Below are positions 8,440-17,974 of a DNA stretch of 64,000 nt, piece by piece. Position 1 is the first letter of the stretch, and every line of letters starts with the position of its first letter. A model generated the notes under the pieces. It searched no databases, was not told the origin of the DNA, and saw only the letters and a program-made list of their open reading frames with translations. The position numbers and the translations under genes are program-made. The DNA is from an uncultured Candidatus Peribacteria bacterium. GTDB taxonomy: Bacteria > Patescibacteriota > Gracilibacteria > CAIRYL01 > GCA-016699755. The DNA lies in assembly GCA_964558715.1 (NCBI GenBank), contig CAZLFD010000004.1, positions 1,257 to 65,256 of the forward strand, given 5' to 3'.

Positions 8440-10800
8440 ATGGACCGCAAAATACGCGCCGCCGCCTTGGCGAAGCACATCGGCATAAGTTCACAAGACC
8501 TGAGAAAACTTCTCTCTACAGTTAACTTTGGCGTAAAACCCACTGATCGTGAGTTTCCAGAATCTTTGGCATCCGGCATCGTGCGCTTTGCATCGCGCAA
8601 GTACAAACGCGAAATACCGCCGCTGATTAATTATGACAATATCGAAGATGATGAAGAGGAAGAGCAAAAAGATACGCTGACTGCCGAAAAGGTGCGTGAA
8701 GAATCTGGGGGTGAGGTAAGTGCTTTTGAAGCGCTTAATCGGCTTGGGAAGAAATCAACAGATGAGGATCACCAGGAAGCTCCCGCGAAAAAAGCCCAGA
8801 AGAAAGAAAAAGAAGATACAGCGGCGGAGCAAAAACCGAGTGCGGCTCCCAACCCTGCTATTTTCCGTAAAATCGAAGTTGACCCGACCGAGGCGGCCGC
8901 AGCGAAAGAACGTCACTTAGAAAAAGAGCGCATCAGCAAAGAAGAACGCGAACAAGAAATGATCGAGAAGAAGGCGATGGAACGGCGCAAGAAGAAATCG
9001 CAGGTGCTCGTCAAAAAAGAAGGGGTCGTCGAGATTCCTGATGCTATTTCGATTAAAGAATTCTCCGAGAAAATTGGTGTTCCGGCAGCCGAAATCATTT
9101 CGGTACTGATCAAAAACGGCATGATGGTGACCATGACTCAGTCAGTCGACTTCGACACACTTTCAATCGTCGCACCAGAACTTGAAGTCGAAATCAAACG
9201 CGAAGAACGTCAGGCGAGTGCTGCCGACTTAAAATCTGGCAACCTCGAGCAACTACTGGCCGATGAGCCAGAAAACCTGGTCGAGCGACCACCGGTCATC
9301 GTGGTAATGGGGCATGTCGACCATGGAAAAACGAAGATATTGGATGTGATCCGCGAGACAAAAGTGGTAGAAGGCGAAGCCGGAGGAATCACCCAGCATA
9401 TTGGAGCGTATCAGGTCGAGAAGAACGGGAAGTTTATAACCTTTATCGATACTCCTGGGCATGAGGCATTTACGAGTATGCGAGCACGCGGCGCTCGTAC
9501 GGCAGATGTGGCGATACTGGTAGTCGCAGCAGATGAAGGCTTTAAGCCACAAACGGTTGAAGCGCTGAACCACGCGCGCGAAGCAGAGTTGCCGATTGTG
9601 GTCGCCATCAATAAAATCGACAAGCAAGATGCGAATATCGATAAGGTAAAAGGCGAGCTCGTATCGCATGAGCTAAACCCCGAAGATTGGGGCGGGCAAA
9701 CGCCAACGGTAGAAGTATCCGCATTGCAGAAAAAAGGAATCGACGATCTTTTGGAGCTTATCGTCTTGCAAGCCGACATGTTAGAACTAAAGGCGAATCC
9801 GAAGAGATTAGCAGTGGGAACGGTGGTCGAATCGCATCTCGATACCTCACTCGGGCCGGTTGCGACGATCATCATCAACACAGGAACGCTAAACATTGGC
9901 GATGATTTCGTGCTTGACGGAAGTGCCGGAAGAGTAAAGACGATGATCGATGATGCCGGGAAAAAAATCAAAGCGGCGCCACCGGGCATGCCGGTGCGTA
10001 TTTCAGGCCTTGAATCGGTTCCATCGGCAGGTGGATTACTCCAGGTCCACCCAACTGCGAAAGCAGCAAGAGAACAATCAGAAGAAATACAATCCCTCCG
10101 TCACCAAGAAAAAGCGAGCGGCACAGGTCTCTCAGATATTATGGCCGGTTTGCAGCAAGGTAAGATGAAGTTTCTTAAAATCGTACTCAAAGCCGATACT
10201 GAGGGCTCGCTCGAAGCGGTACGCCAGGCGATCGAGAAAATCAAAAACGACGAAGTCGCACCAAAAGTCATCCACGCGGCAGTAGGAAGTGTAACCGAGA
10301 CAGACGTGATGATGGCATCTGCCAGCCAAGGAATCGTACTTGGGTTTAATGCGCTCGTCTCGCCGCGTGTGAAGCGGATTGCCGAAAACGAGCAAGTCGA
10401 GGTGCAGAATTACGATATTATCTACAATCTGGTCGATGATGTGAAGAAAATCCTCTTTGGCCTGCTTGAGCCCGAAACCATTGAAGTGGTGACCGGTCAA
10501 CTAGATGTAAAACAGATATTCTTCACGAAAAAGAAGATGGCGATCGTGGGCTGTAAGGTACGTAAAGGTTTTGTTGAGAACGGAGAATTTGTCCGCATCT
10601 TCCGCGGAGAACCAGCAGAAGATGATGAACCGGAATCAATCGGTATCGGGAAAATCGCCAGCTTGCAGCACTTTGAAAGCAAAGTGCCAAAAGTAGAAGA
10701 AAACCAGGAGTGTGGTATTCAGTTTGAAGGAAAGATTCCGGTAGAAGAAGGTGACCGGCTCGAAGCGTATAAATTGGAAGAGCGTTTGAAGACTTTGTGA
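8440..10800 (+). CDS. infB: Translation initiation factor IF-2
   Basis: G domain 'VVMGHVDHGKTKILD', 'DTPGHEAF', 'NKIDK', plus the IF-2 C-terminal domains. The ORF opens at 8362, but the ATG at 8440 ('MDRKIRAAALAKHIGISSQDL') gives a typical IF-2 N-terminus. Confidence 0.9.
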   Translation: MDRKIRAAALAKHIGISSQDLRKLLSTVNFGVKPTDREFPESLASGIVRFASRKYKREIPPLINYDNIEDDEEEEQKDTLTAEKVREESGGEVSAFEALNRLGKKSTDEDHQEAPAKKAQKKEKEDTAAEQKPSAAPNPAIFRKIEVDPTEAAAAKERHLEKERISKEEREQEMIEKKAMERRKKKSQVLVKKEGVVEIPDAISIKEFSEKIGVPAAEIISVLIKNGMMVTMTQSVDFDTLSIVAPELEVEIKREERQASAADLKSGNLEQLLADEPENLVERPPVIVVMGHVDHGKTKILDVIRETKVVEGEAGGITQHIGAYQVEKNGKFITFIDTPGHEAFTSMRARGARTADVAILVVAADEGFKPQTVEALNHAREAELPIVVAINKIDKQDANIDKVKGELVSHELNPEDWGGQTPTVEVSALQKKGIDDLLELIVLQADMLELKANPKRLAVGTVVESHLDTSLGPVATIIINTGTLNIGDDFVLDGSAGRVKTMIDDAGKKIKAAPPGMPVRISGLESVPSAGGLLQVHPTAKAAREQSEEIQSLRHQEKASGTGLSDIMAGLQQGKMKFLKIVLKADTEGSLEAVRQAIEKIKNDEVAPKVIHAAVGSVTETDVMMASASQGIVLGFNALVSPRVKRIAENEQVEVQNYDIIYNLVDDVKKILFGLLEPETIEVVTGQLDVKQIFFTKKKMAIVGCKVRKGFVENGEFVRIFRGEPAEDDEPESIGIGKIASLQHFESKVPKVEENQECGIQFEGKIPVEEGDRLEAYKLEERLKTL

Positions 10801-10937
10801 TCAGCTCCTTCGCTGAGCAAAGGGGTCAAATCATTAAAATCGACCGCCTTCGGCTCCATCTAACTACACTTCAACTAACGCACAAGTAGGTAGCAGACAC
10901 AATGCAGTAAAAACTAACAAAACCCTCCTGAATCGGT

Positions 10938-12089
10938 TCAAGTCGGAATGACTCCTGCGTTTTTTGCTTGTTCCTTCTTCCACTCTCTTTCCACGAATTC
11001 TTTGATTTCTTTGTCGAAGCGTTGTGCCGAAAACTGCTTCGCGTATTCCGCCAGTTTTTCACGTTTCAACTTTTTCTCAATACTTTCAAATTCATGAATG
11101 GCTTTTTCGAGTACGAACGGTGTTTGTTCATCAAACAGTACACCAGTTTTGCCATGCTCTAGGGTCGATATCACTCCTCCTTTGCCGTAGGCGATGACCG
11201 GCGATCCGGCAGCTAGGGCTTCGATCGCGGTGATGCCCGCATCTTCTAACTGCGGAAAAAGCAGTGCCTTAGCTTGCCCCATTAACTTTGGCACTTCGTT
11301 ATCGCGCACAAAACCACGGAATTCGATATTTGGCACATCCGCAGCCATCTTCCGCAGTTCTGCTTCATTTCGCCCTGTTCCAGCAATGACGAGCCGCTGA
11401 TGAGGCATTTTTTTAAAGGTATTGATGAGCAAATCAAAACGCTTCTGCGGCACTAAGCGACCAAAGCCGAGATAGAATTTTTCCTTTTTTTCGTTGAGCC
11501 CAATAGCAAAGCGGTCGACATCTGCCGGAGGGATGATCACGCTTGCATCACGATTATAGTAGCGTTTGATGCTGGAAGCGATGTAATCGGAATTAGCAAT
11601 ATACACATCGGGCCGCTGGGCCGCGTAATAATCCCAGATGCGGAGTTTGGTAAAATAGCGCGGTAGCAATTGCTTAACCCGTTTTGGTACGGGAAAATCT
11701 TCTAAATACTGCTGCCAATCACCCCATAAATAACGGGTAGGGGAGTGACAGTAGCAGATATGCAGCTGATTTGGATGTGTGATGATCCCCTTGCCGACAA
11801 ACGAACTGCTCGAAAGTACAATGTCGTATTCCGCGACATCCAGATTTTCAATCGCCTTGGGTAAAAAGGGGAGAAGAAAAGGATGATGTTTACGGATGCG
11901 CTCTGGTAATTTTTGTAAATACGAGGTATGAATGCGCTCTTTTGCGATGCGTAAGCGAAAGGTGCGTGGCGTATACACCGTGGTATACATGTGCGCATGC
12001 GGAAACACTTGGAGAAAGCGCTTTATAACAGCTTCTGCACCCCCAGATATGGTAAGCCAATCGGCGATGATGGCGACTTTTGGTTGCAT
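10938..12089 (-). CDS. Glycosyltransferase family 4 (GT-B, group 1)
   Basis: E-x7-E motif 'EDAGITAIEALAAGSPVIAYGKGG...GKTGVLF' and a GT4-type N-terminus 'IADWLTISGGAE'. Confidence 0.75.
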   Translation of the reverse strand: MQPKVAIIADWLTISGGAEAVIKRFLQVFPHAHMYTTVYTPRTFRLRIAKERIHTSYLQKLPERIRKHHPFLLPFLPKAIENLDVAEYDIVLSSSSFVGKGIITHPNQLHICYCHSPTRYLWGDWQQYLEDFPVPKRVKQLLPRYFTKLRIWDYYAAQRPDVYIANSDYIASSIKRYYNRDASVIIPPADVDRFAIGLNEKKEKFYLGFGRLVPQKRFDLLINTFKKMPHQRLVIAGTGRNEAELRKMAADVPNIEFRGFVRDNEVPKLMGQAKALLFPQLEDAGITAIEALAAGSPVIAYGKGGVISTLEHGKTGVLFDEQTPFVLEKAIHEFESIEKKLKREKLAEYAKQFSAQRFDKEIKEFVEREWKKEQAKNAGVIPT

Positions 12090-12257
12090 GATGAGGTATT
12101 TTATCTAAGCTTGCCGGAAATTTAGATTTTATGAAAGCTGTAGGCGGCTTAATAGTGTTAGAAAGCCGCTTCGCAAACAGAGCTTCGCAAACAGAATATA
12201 TTGACTAATATAATTATATATTATATAATATTAAGATTATTGTTCCCCCATCTTCTA

Positions 12258-13778
12258 ATGGAACTTTCTATCGCCCAACAGGCGAAAAGTCTCATCGAAA
12301 AGAGCAAAAAAATCCTTCTGGTCGCGCATGCGAAGATGGATGGTGATACGCTGTCGGCAACGATAGCCCTGCATAAACTGCTGCAGAAAATCGGAAAGAA
12401 AACGGTGGTGGCTTGCGCCGATGCCGTGCCCGAGGTGTTTTCGTTCCTCCCCGAAACAGGGGTGCTGGAGCGCGAAATATCGGCCGGAAACGATTTTGTC
12501 ATCTCGCTTGATTGCTCACGCACGCAGGCGCAAAAACTGCGCTGGAAGATCGAAGGGAATCAGCTGAAGATTTTCGTCACGCCATTTGGGGGATCGTTTC
12601 AGGCAAAAGATGTCAACTTTTCTGAACAATCCGATTTTGACCTGATTATTACAATCGATGCCGCAGATCGCCAACAGCTCGGGAGCATATTTGAAGAAAA
12701 CACTGATCTGTTTGCCCGGGTTCCGGTACTCGTCTTTGACCACCACACGAGCAACCCTGGTTTTGGTACGGTGAATGTCATCGATACAAAAGCGGCGAGT
12801 ACGACCGAGGTGCTGTTTCACTTTTTGCCCACGATGTTCGGCGAACACTGGAAGAAAAAAATAGACGCCGATATCGCGACATTACTACTCACCGGAATCA
12901 TCACTGATACAGCAAGCTTTCAAAACCCGAACACCACGCCAAAATCGCTAGAAGTAGCCGCCGATCTGGTAGAGCTGGGGGCGCGCCAACAAGAGATTAT
13001 CCGTCATATATTTAAGACGAAAAACATTCCCACACTCAAACTTTGGGGGCGTGTGCTTTCTAAGATCAAGACCGATCCGCTACATCGCATGCTCTGGAGT
13101 ACGGTTTCAGCCGATGACCTGAAAGATACCGGCGGTACGCTTGAAGATATGAACGGGATTGTCGATGAACTGCTCGCCACCGCGCCGGGAATGGAAATGG
13201 TTTTTCTGCTCAAAGAGCGTGACGACGGTGTAGTTGCCGTCTCGATCCGCACCACCACCCCACTGTGTGATGCTTCGAAATTTTCATTGGAGTTTGGTGG
13301 CGGTGGGCATGTACAGGCAGCAGGCTTCAAAATACGTGCCAGTAAGCCATTCGACATTATTGTGGGCGAAGTCATATCGGCAGCACAAAAGTTTCAGGCG
13401 AAGCGTTTTGCTGAAGAAAGTGGAGAAGAACGAGATAATTCTGATAAAGATTCAGACACTAAAGATAATCCCGAATTGAAATCGGGTGAGCAATACCTCG
13501 ATGATGCCGCCTTGGAAGAATTTGCTATTGATCCAACAATTAAGTCAGGTGAAGATATATCACCCCTAAGTGCAACAGAATCACCTGCCGAAAGCTCTGA
13601 AGATGAAAGCGGAGCACTTCCATCTTCAGGGCAGAAGTCTACCGAAGTAGTTCCGCCCAAAAAACCCCGCGATTTATCGCACGAAGAGTTTTCCGGTATG
13701 TTGGAACAGATAATGCGTCGCAATCCATTAGGTAAAAACGGTGATAAAAAAGACGATTTATCTTCTCCTAACAAATGA
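12258..13778 (+). CDS. DHH/DHHA1 phosphoesterase (NrnA-like) with ~130-aa acidic/Ser-rich C-terminal tail
   Basis: Motifs 'HAKMDGDTLSA', 'ITIDAAD', 'VFDHHTSN', 'GIITDT', 'GGGGHVQAAGF'. The ORF opens at 12201, but the ATG at 12258 ('MELSIAQQAKSLIEKSKKILLVAH') is the family-typical start. Confidence 0.8.
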   Translation: MELSIAQQAKSLIEKSKKILLVAHAKMDGDTLSATIALHKLLQKIGKKTVVACADAVPEVFSFLPETGVLEREISAGNDFVISLDCSRTQAQKLRWKIEGNQLKIFVTPFGGSFQAKDVNFSEQSDFDLIITIDAADRQQLGSIFEENTDLFARVPVLVFDHHTSNPGFGTVNVIDTKAASTTEVLFHFLPTMFGEHWKKKIDADIATLLLTGIITDTASFQNPNTTPKSLEVAADLVELGARQQEIIRHIFKTKNIPTLKLWGRVLSKIKTDPLHRMLWSTVSADDLKDTGGTLEDMNGIVDELLATAPGMEMVFLLKERDDGVVAVSIRTTTPLCDASKFSLEFGGGGHVQAAGFKIRASKPFDIIVGEVISAAQKFQAKRFAEESGEERDNSDKDSDTKDNPELKSGEQYLDDAALEEFAIDPTIKSGEDISPLSATESPAESSEDESGALPSSGQKSTEVVPPKKPRDLSHEEFSGMLEQIMRRNPLGKNGDKKDDLSSPNK

Positions 13779-14044
13779 ATATTTTTTACGGCTTACTTGG
13801 CATGGCGGCAGCATATTGTCTGATCCGCTATCGCAAAAAAGTCATTGGATTTACCGGCCAATGGCCCTGGGCTGAAAAAGCTTTCGGACCCGGACATACC
13901 GACTTTGCATTACTGCTACTAGCGATTTGCATCTTCTTTTTGTCGATTACTGTAATGACCGGTCAGATGGACGATCTGCTGAACAGTAGTGTAGGAGATT
14001 TAAGTGAAGAAAAGCAAAAGCAAGGCACTTCGACTCTCAGGTAA
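13775..14044 (+). CDS. Small membrane protein (hypothetical)
   Basis: 89 aa with two hydrophobic helices. ATGA start/stop overlap with the DHH gene suggests translational coupling. Confidence 0.45.
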   Translation: MNIFYGLLGMAAAYCLIRYRKKVIGFTGQWPWAEKAFGPGHTDFALLLLAICIFFLSITVMTGQMDDLLNSSVGDLSEEKQKQGTSTLR

Positions 14045-14258
14045 AGAGTCATGAAGAAAGCGGGCTGAGAAGGTTACCTCTGCTTTGTTGACGTTGGCGC
14101 TACGAAGATCGATCTCACCGTGCTTTCCAGTTGGTCATTGGAGACTCTGTTTGCGGATGTAATGCTTGTTTTTTATACGCCACGAGAAAAACGCAGGAGC
14201 TTACTATTTAAGTTTTTCAAAACCGCTTTATCTCGAGCACTTTTCTGCGGTATTTGAA

Positions 14259-14300
14259 GAGCCATGGCCGCATTGCCATAGCTCTTTGTTAAATTTTCTT
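14259..14300 (+). terminator. Candidate intrinsic terminator
   Basis: GAGCCATGGC-cgcatt-GCCATAGCTC (10-bp stem, one mismatch) followed by TTTGTTAAATTTTCTT. It lies in the 275-nt gap between convergent genes. Confidence 0.4.
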
Positions 14301-14319
14301 ATTGGTAGAGTTTGAATTA

Positions 14320-15516
14320 TTAGATGGCAGGCACAATCCCCTGGAAGATGACGGAGTAATTGCCGACACGGCCGACAGCATCAACGACACAGACGGGTGC
14401 GAGTACTGCTTGAACACTGCTACCGGTTTCGAGGTAGTATCCGCACTCTACTCCATTGACTTCAGCGCCAGTGATGGAGATATTTTGCGCTTCGAGGCTC
14501 TCGAAGAATGCTCGACGGTCTTCGATCGGAATAGCGCCTGGGTACTGCAGCTCGACTTTTCCAAGTTCAAATACACCAGCTGCAATCGTTGCCGAAAGAT
14601 TTTCGGTCGAAGCAGTGTCGAGAACATCTTTTTCAACAATATTTGGGAAGTAGTGGTAGATATTCTCGATATCACCACTGTCATTCATCTGCACATTGAC
14701 AGAACCGGCCTCTTTCGGTTCGTATGAACCAGTTTTGGCTGGGGTGTTCAGTGTAATAACGGGTAGGGGAAGATCTGGTGTAAAGCGAATCCAGTTTTCA
14801 CCAAATCTGTCGGTTTCTTCACTCGTGCTATACGGGAACCGGAGTAAGCCAGCCGTATTTAGCGCATCAGCTACAGCTTGTGCTCCTGAGCCAGAGATCG
14901 ATGCTGCAATGCCCTCGGCATCAAAGGTAAGATGAAAGACATCATAGTAGAGGAAGTAATCAGCTGAAAGGAGGTCTGTAATCGTGTAGGTCTGCTCATT
15001 CAGGCGTACGACTACACCCTTAATGCCAAGCGTTTCGCCCATTTCCTGAACGACTTCAAGCAGGCTTTTATCGGTCGGGCGCTCAAGCAAATAGACAGGA
15101 AGAGACTCAGGAATCTGGATGTCAATCTCTGTATCGCTATTCGTCCACTCAACACTGTAAGTAGGAGACTCGGCAATCTGTGGCTCATAGTCGGTGATTG
15201 CTGAAGCTGTAAGTTCTTCCTTTTGACGAGTCGTCAGAAATTTCAGCTCTGCTTCACCGCTTTCATCGTAAATCGCCGCTGCAACATCATCCGCTGTTGG
15301 TGTAGGGATATCAGCCTGACTTAGTGCCGCAGAAGTAGGCGTCGGTCGATCATCTTCCTCACCTTTCTCTATGGTTTCTTCAGTCGAGACCAGAGTACTA
15401 GTTGCCGCAGGAGGAGTGGCTTCTTCCGTGTCTGGCGCTGGCGCACCGTTAAAGAGAAGGAGGGCGATAAGCGCCAGAATGCCGATGACGGCAATGATGG
15501 GGATGAGTTTTTTCAT
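14320..15516 (-). CDS. Membrane-anchored extracytoplasmic protein, unknown family (paralog of 52282-53532)
   Basis: N-terminal TM 'LIPIIAVIGILALIALLLF', then a Pro/Thr/Glu-rich linker and a conserved domain. Blocks shared with the paralog include 'VRxNEQxY', 'WIRFxPDLxLPV', 'YPGAI...RR', 'VECGY', 'VIFQG'. Confidence 0.7.
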   Translation of the reverse strand: MKKLIPIIAVIGILALIALLLFNGAPAPDTEEATPPAATSTLVSTEETIEKGEEDDRPTPTSAALSQADIPTPTADDVAAAIYDESGEAELKFLTTRQKEELTASAITDYEPQIAESPTYSVEWTNSDTEIDIQIPESLPVYLLERPTDKSLLEVVQEMGETLGIKGVVVRLNEQTYTITDLLSADYFLYYDVFHLTFDAEGIAASISGSGAQAVADALNTAGLLRFPYSTSEETDRFGENWIRFTPDLPLPVITLNTPAKTGSYEPKEAGSVNVQMNDSGDIENIYHYFPNIVEKDVLDTASTENLSATIAAGVFELGKVELQYPGAIPIEDRRAFFESLEAQNISITGAEVNGVECGYYLETGSSVQAVLAPVCVVDAVGRVGNYSVIFQGIVPAI

Positions 15517-15551
15517 GAGTTGAAAAGATAGAGGGAAGGAAGAAGGAAGGA

Positions 15552-17366
15552 TTAGGATTCGATCAGAATACCTGCTTCAAAGCCATCTGCGGCAGTATTG
15601 GTGGCATCAATGTCACCAAAATAGGTACCGGCACAAGCATTTTGCTCTACGGCGAAGAAAAGTTGGAAGATGTCGAGTGCGGCATCTCCATCCTTCCATG
15701 CAAAGCGAGTGGCAATGTCATCAGGATCGGCGACTTGCACTGCATAGTAACCATCTTCAGAAGTGATACCACTGTGCAATTCAGCAACCAAAGCCTGCTT
15801 TTCTTGGGCGTTCAATCTAAGGCTGTCAGCAATAGTGCTCGCGTACCTTTCTACATCAGACTTTGCAACACAAGCCTCACCGACATATCCGCCGCCGTAA
15901 TCTTTGAGGAACGCATAGCGATAGTAGAAGGTATCCTTGTTGCCAGAAGCTAATGTCCACTGCTGCTCACCCGTATCAAACATCTTACTGGCATAGGTAA
16001 CCAGTACGTCGTCAAAGCTGGGCTTCAGTTTCACTTCTTCTGATGAAGAAAGCACAAGGCGAGGGGAGACACCTTGAACATATTCAAAGGTAACAACTGG
16101 TCCACCATTTGCCCCATCACACTTAATTCTATCCCTAATCTTACCACTTATGTTTTTCCTCTGCGAACCGTCACAGAGTACCAAACAGGTATTTGGTTCG
16201 AGGCTTCCAGTCCAGAAAGCCATCGAATCGACAAAGTATTGCGCCCAGTTAGCCTCTGTTCCGTTATCTGGTAGGGCATCGAGAACACCTTTGGCAACAC
16301 GTTCAGATCGGTAAGTGATATCAAGGACAAAATCAGCGATTTCTTTTGCTGCTCCAGCACGGTTGTTATTGGTGATAACATCTTTTACAAGATTCGTTAG
16401 TTTGCTCGCATTGGCATTGCCACTACCACTACCGGTCGAGGCATTGATCAACTCAGTGGCACTAATTGAGTTGATGCCGGTTACTTCTCCTCCCTTGTTA
16501 TCCAGGATAATTCCCAATAAAGCCTGTTTGAGCATCTCCATACCTACAGCGCTGTCTGTAAAACGCTGCAATGTTATTTGGTCGATGCCCGCGGCGTTTG
16601 CATAGTGCGTATGCCCGCCTTCATTACGAGCAAGTTGTAGCGCTTGCGAACCAACAGCATCAAAAGCATTCACGATAGCAGGAAAAGGCGCGTTGGCCGG
16701 ATCGAGGAAGACACTCTCGATTATATTTCGTCCGCTATCGCAGAGAGTAGTACAGGTACCCGATGTACCAGCTGCTTGACGAGAGGCTCTTTCAATCTCA
16801 GCCACATCAGATACATCTGCCACGATATCTACAATAGTCGGTAAGCTGTGGGTTCCGATAAAATAGTTTTGGTTTGTCTTTGCTCCTTGTAGCTGATCCC
16901 AACTGTCTTCTAGGCGAGAGAAGGCATCGAGCACGATTTTCTTTCCGATCATCGGCCAGATGATACTCGCATGGACATCAAGCGAAAAGTAGCCACTGCT
17001 CGGGTCGGTTTCATTAATCTGAAAACAGACGCCGTTACTTGGCCTATCTGTGGCTGCTGGGTTGGAACTTCGAGTGTAGATGAACACTTGTACTGGTGCA
17101 CCAGGCTGAGCGTTTCCTTCGATTTTAAAAGTTTCACCTTCGCGTACGGTAATGATCTCGGTACGTTGGTTGAAAATCGAGCGCTGCCATGCTGTGTCGT
17201 TATCGCCACGGATAATATAGGCATCATCCCAGTCGATGTTGGCTGGCACTTGTGCGACCAGATCTGGGTCGCAGTTCTGCACACTCTGTTGTTGTGCCAT
17301 GGCAGGTGAAGTCCACAGGCTTGCGACAAGTAAAATGCTCGAGAGGAGGTAATTTTGTGTTTTCAT
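15552..17366 (-). CDS. Secreted Cys-rich protein, unknown family (paralog of 53558-55435)
   Basis: Signal peptide 'MKTQNYLLSSILLVASLWTSPAMA'. Long blocks shared with the paralog include 'AYIIRGDxDTAWQRxIFNQRT', 'QPGAPVQVFIYTRS', 'NGVCFQ', 'DPANAPFP', 'GSQALQLAR', 'FWTGxLEPNxCLxLCDG', 'YVGEACxAKSDVE', 'LDIFQLFFA', 'ADGFEAGILI'. Confidence 0.75.
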   Translation of the reverse strand: MKTQNYLLSSILLVASLWTSPAMAQQQSVQNCDPDLVAQVPANIDWDDAYIIRGDNDTAWQRSIFNQRTEIITVREGETFKIEGNAQPGAPVQVFIYTRSSNPAATDRPSNGVCFQINETDPSSGYFSLDVHASIIWPMIGKKIVLDAFSRLEDSWDQLQGAKTNQNYFIGTHSLPTIVDIVADVSDVAEIERASRQAAGTSGTCTTLCDSGRNIIESVFLDPANAPFPAIVNAFDAVGSQALQLARNEGGHTHYANAAGIDQITLQRFTDSAVGMEMLKQALLGIILDNKGGEVTGINSISATELINASTGSGSGNANASKLTNLVKDVITNNNRAGAAKEIADFVLDITYRSERVAKGVLDALPDNGTEANWAQYFVDSMAFWTGSLEPNTCLVLCDGSQRKNISGKIRDRIKCDGANGGPVVTFEYVQGVSPRLVLSSSEEVKLKPSFDDVLVTYASKMFDTGEQQWTLASGNKDTFYYRYAFLKDYGGGYVGEACVAKSDVERYASTIADSLRLNAQEKQALVAELHSGITSEDGYYAVQVADPDDIATRFAWKDGDAALDIFQLFFAVEQNACAGTYFGDIDATNTAADGFEAGILIES

Positions 17367-17593
17367 GAAATTTGAAAAAAGATTTCACTGTATACGATAC
17401 ATCATAATTACTGTTCTTTGCAAGTTCTTAGCGCATGATACCGCTCTATTAACAGCAATGATCGCATATGATGAAAGCGTCCTGTAATACATCTGACTCC
17501 TGTACTGTAGAGTGCGCGAAAACAATTCACTATTTTCGCTTTGCTTTTTGTGAATATTTGTCGAAAATAAAATTCGTATGTTTTTTTTGAATC

Positions 17594-17962
17594 ATGACAA
17601 AGTATTCCTTCCTGATGATCTGCACTCTTGTTGTTCTGACTGGGTGTGCGCCAAGTAGTGGCTCAGCTGATCGTGAGCCTGTTTCCGAGCTTGAAAAATT
17701 TGCCGCTTGCATTACCGAGAAAGATGCGGTGTTTTACGGAACCGAGTGGTGCCCGCACTGTAAAACGCAGAAAGCAATGTTTAAAAGCGGTGCGATGGAT
17801 TTTATAAATTATGTCGATTGTGATGAAAAGCCCGGTACATGCCAGGTAGCCAAGATCACCGGATACCCGACTTGGATCATCGGCGGTGAGCAGCGCTTGT
17901 CTGGCACCCAGCCACTCGAAAAATTGGCTGAGGCAACGGCTTGCCCTGCACCTGCGGCATAA
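17594..17962 (+). CDS. Thioredoxin-fold lipoprotein resembling the VKOR-associated Trx-like domain
   Basis: Lipobox 'VLTGC'. 'FYGTEWCPHCKTQKAMF...YVDCD...ITGYPTWIIGG' carries a CxxC active site and the cis-Pro 'YPTW' pattern of VKOR-fused Trx-like domains. Confidence 0.65.
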   Translation: MTKYSFLMICTLVVLTGCAPSSGSADREPVSELEKFAACITEKDAVFYGTEWCPHCKTQKAMFKSGAMDFINYVDCDEKPGTCQVAKITGYPTWIIGGEQRLSGTQPLEKLAEATACPAPAA

Positions 17963-17974
17963 TACTCTGATAGT

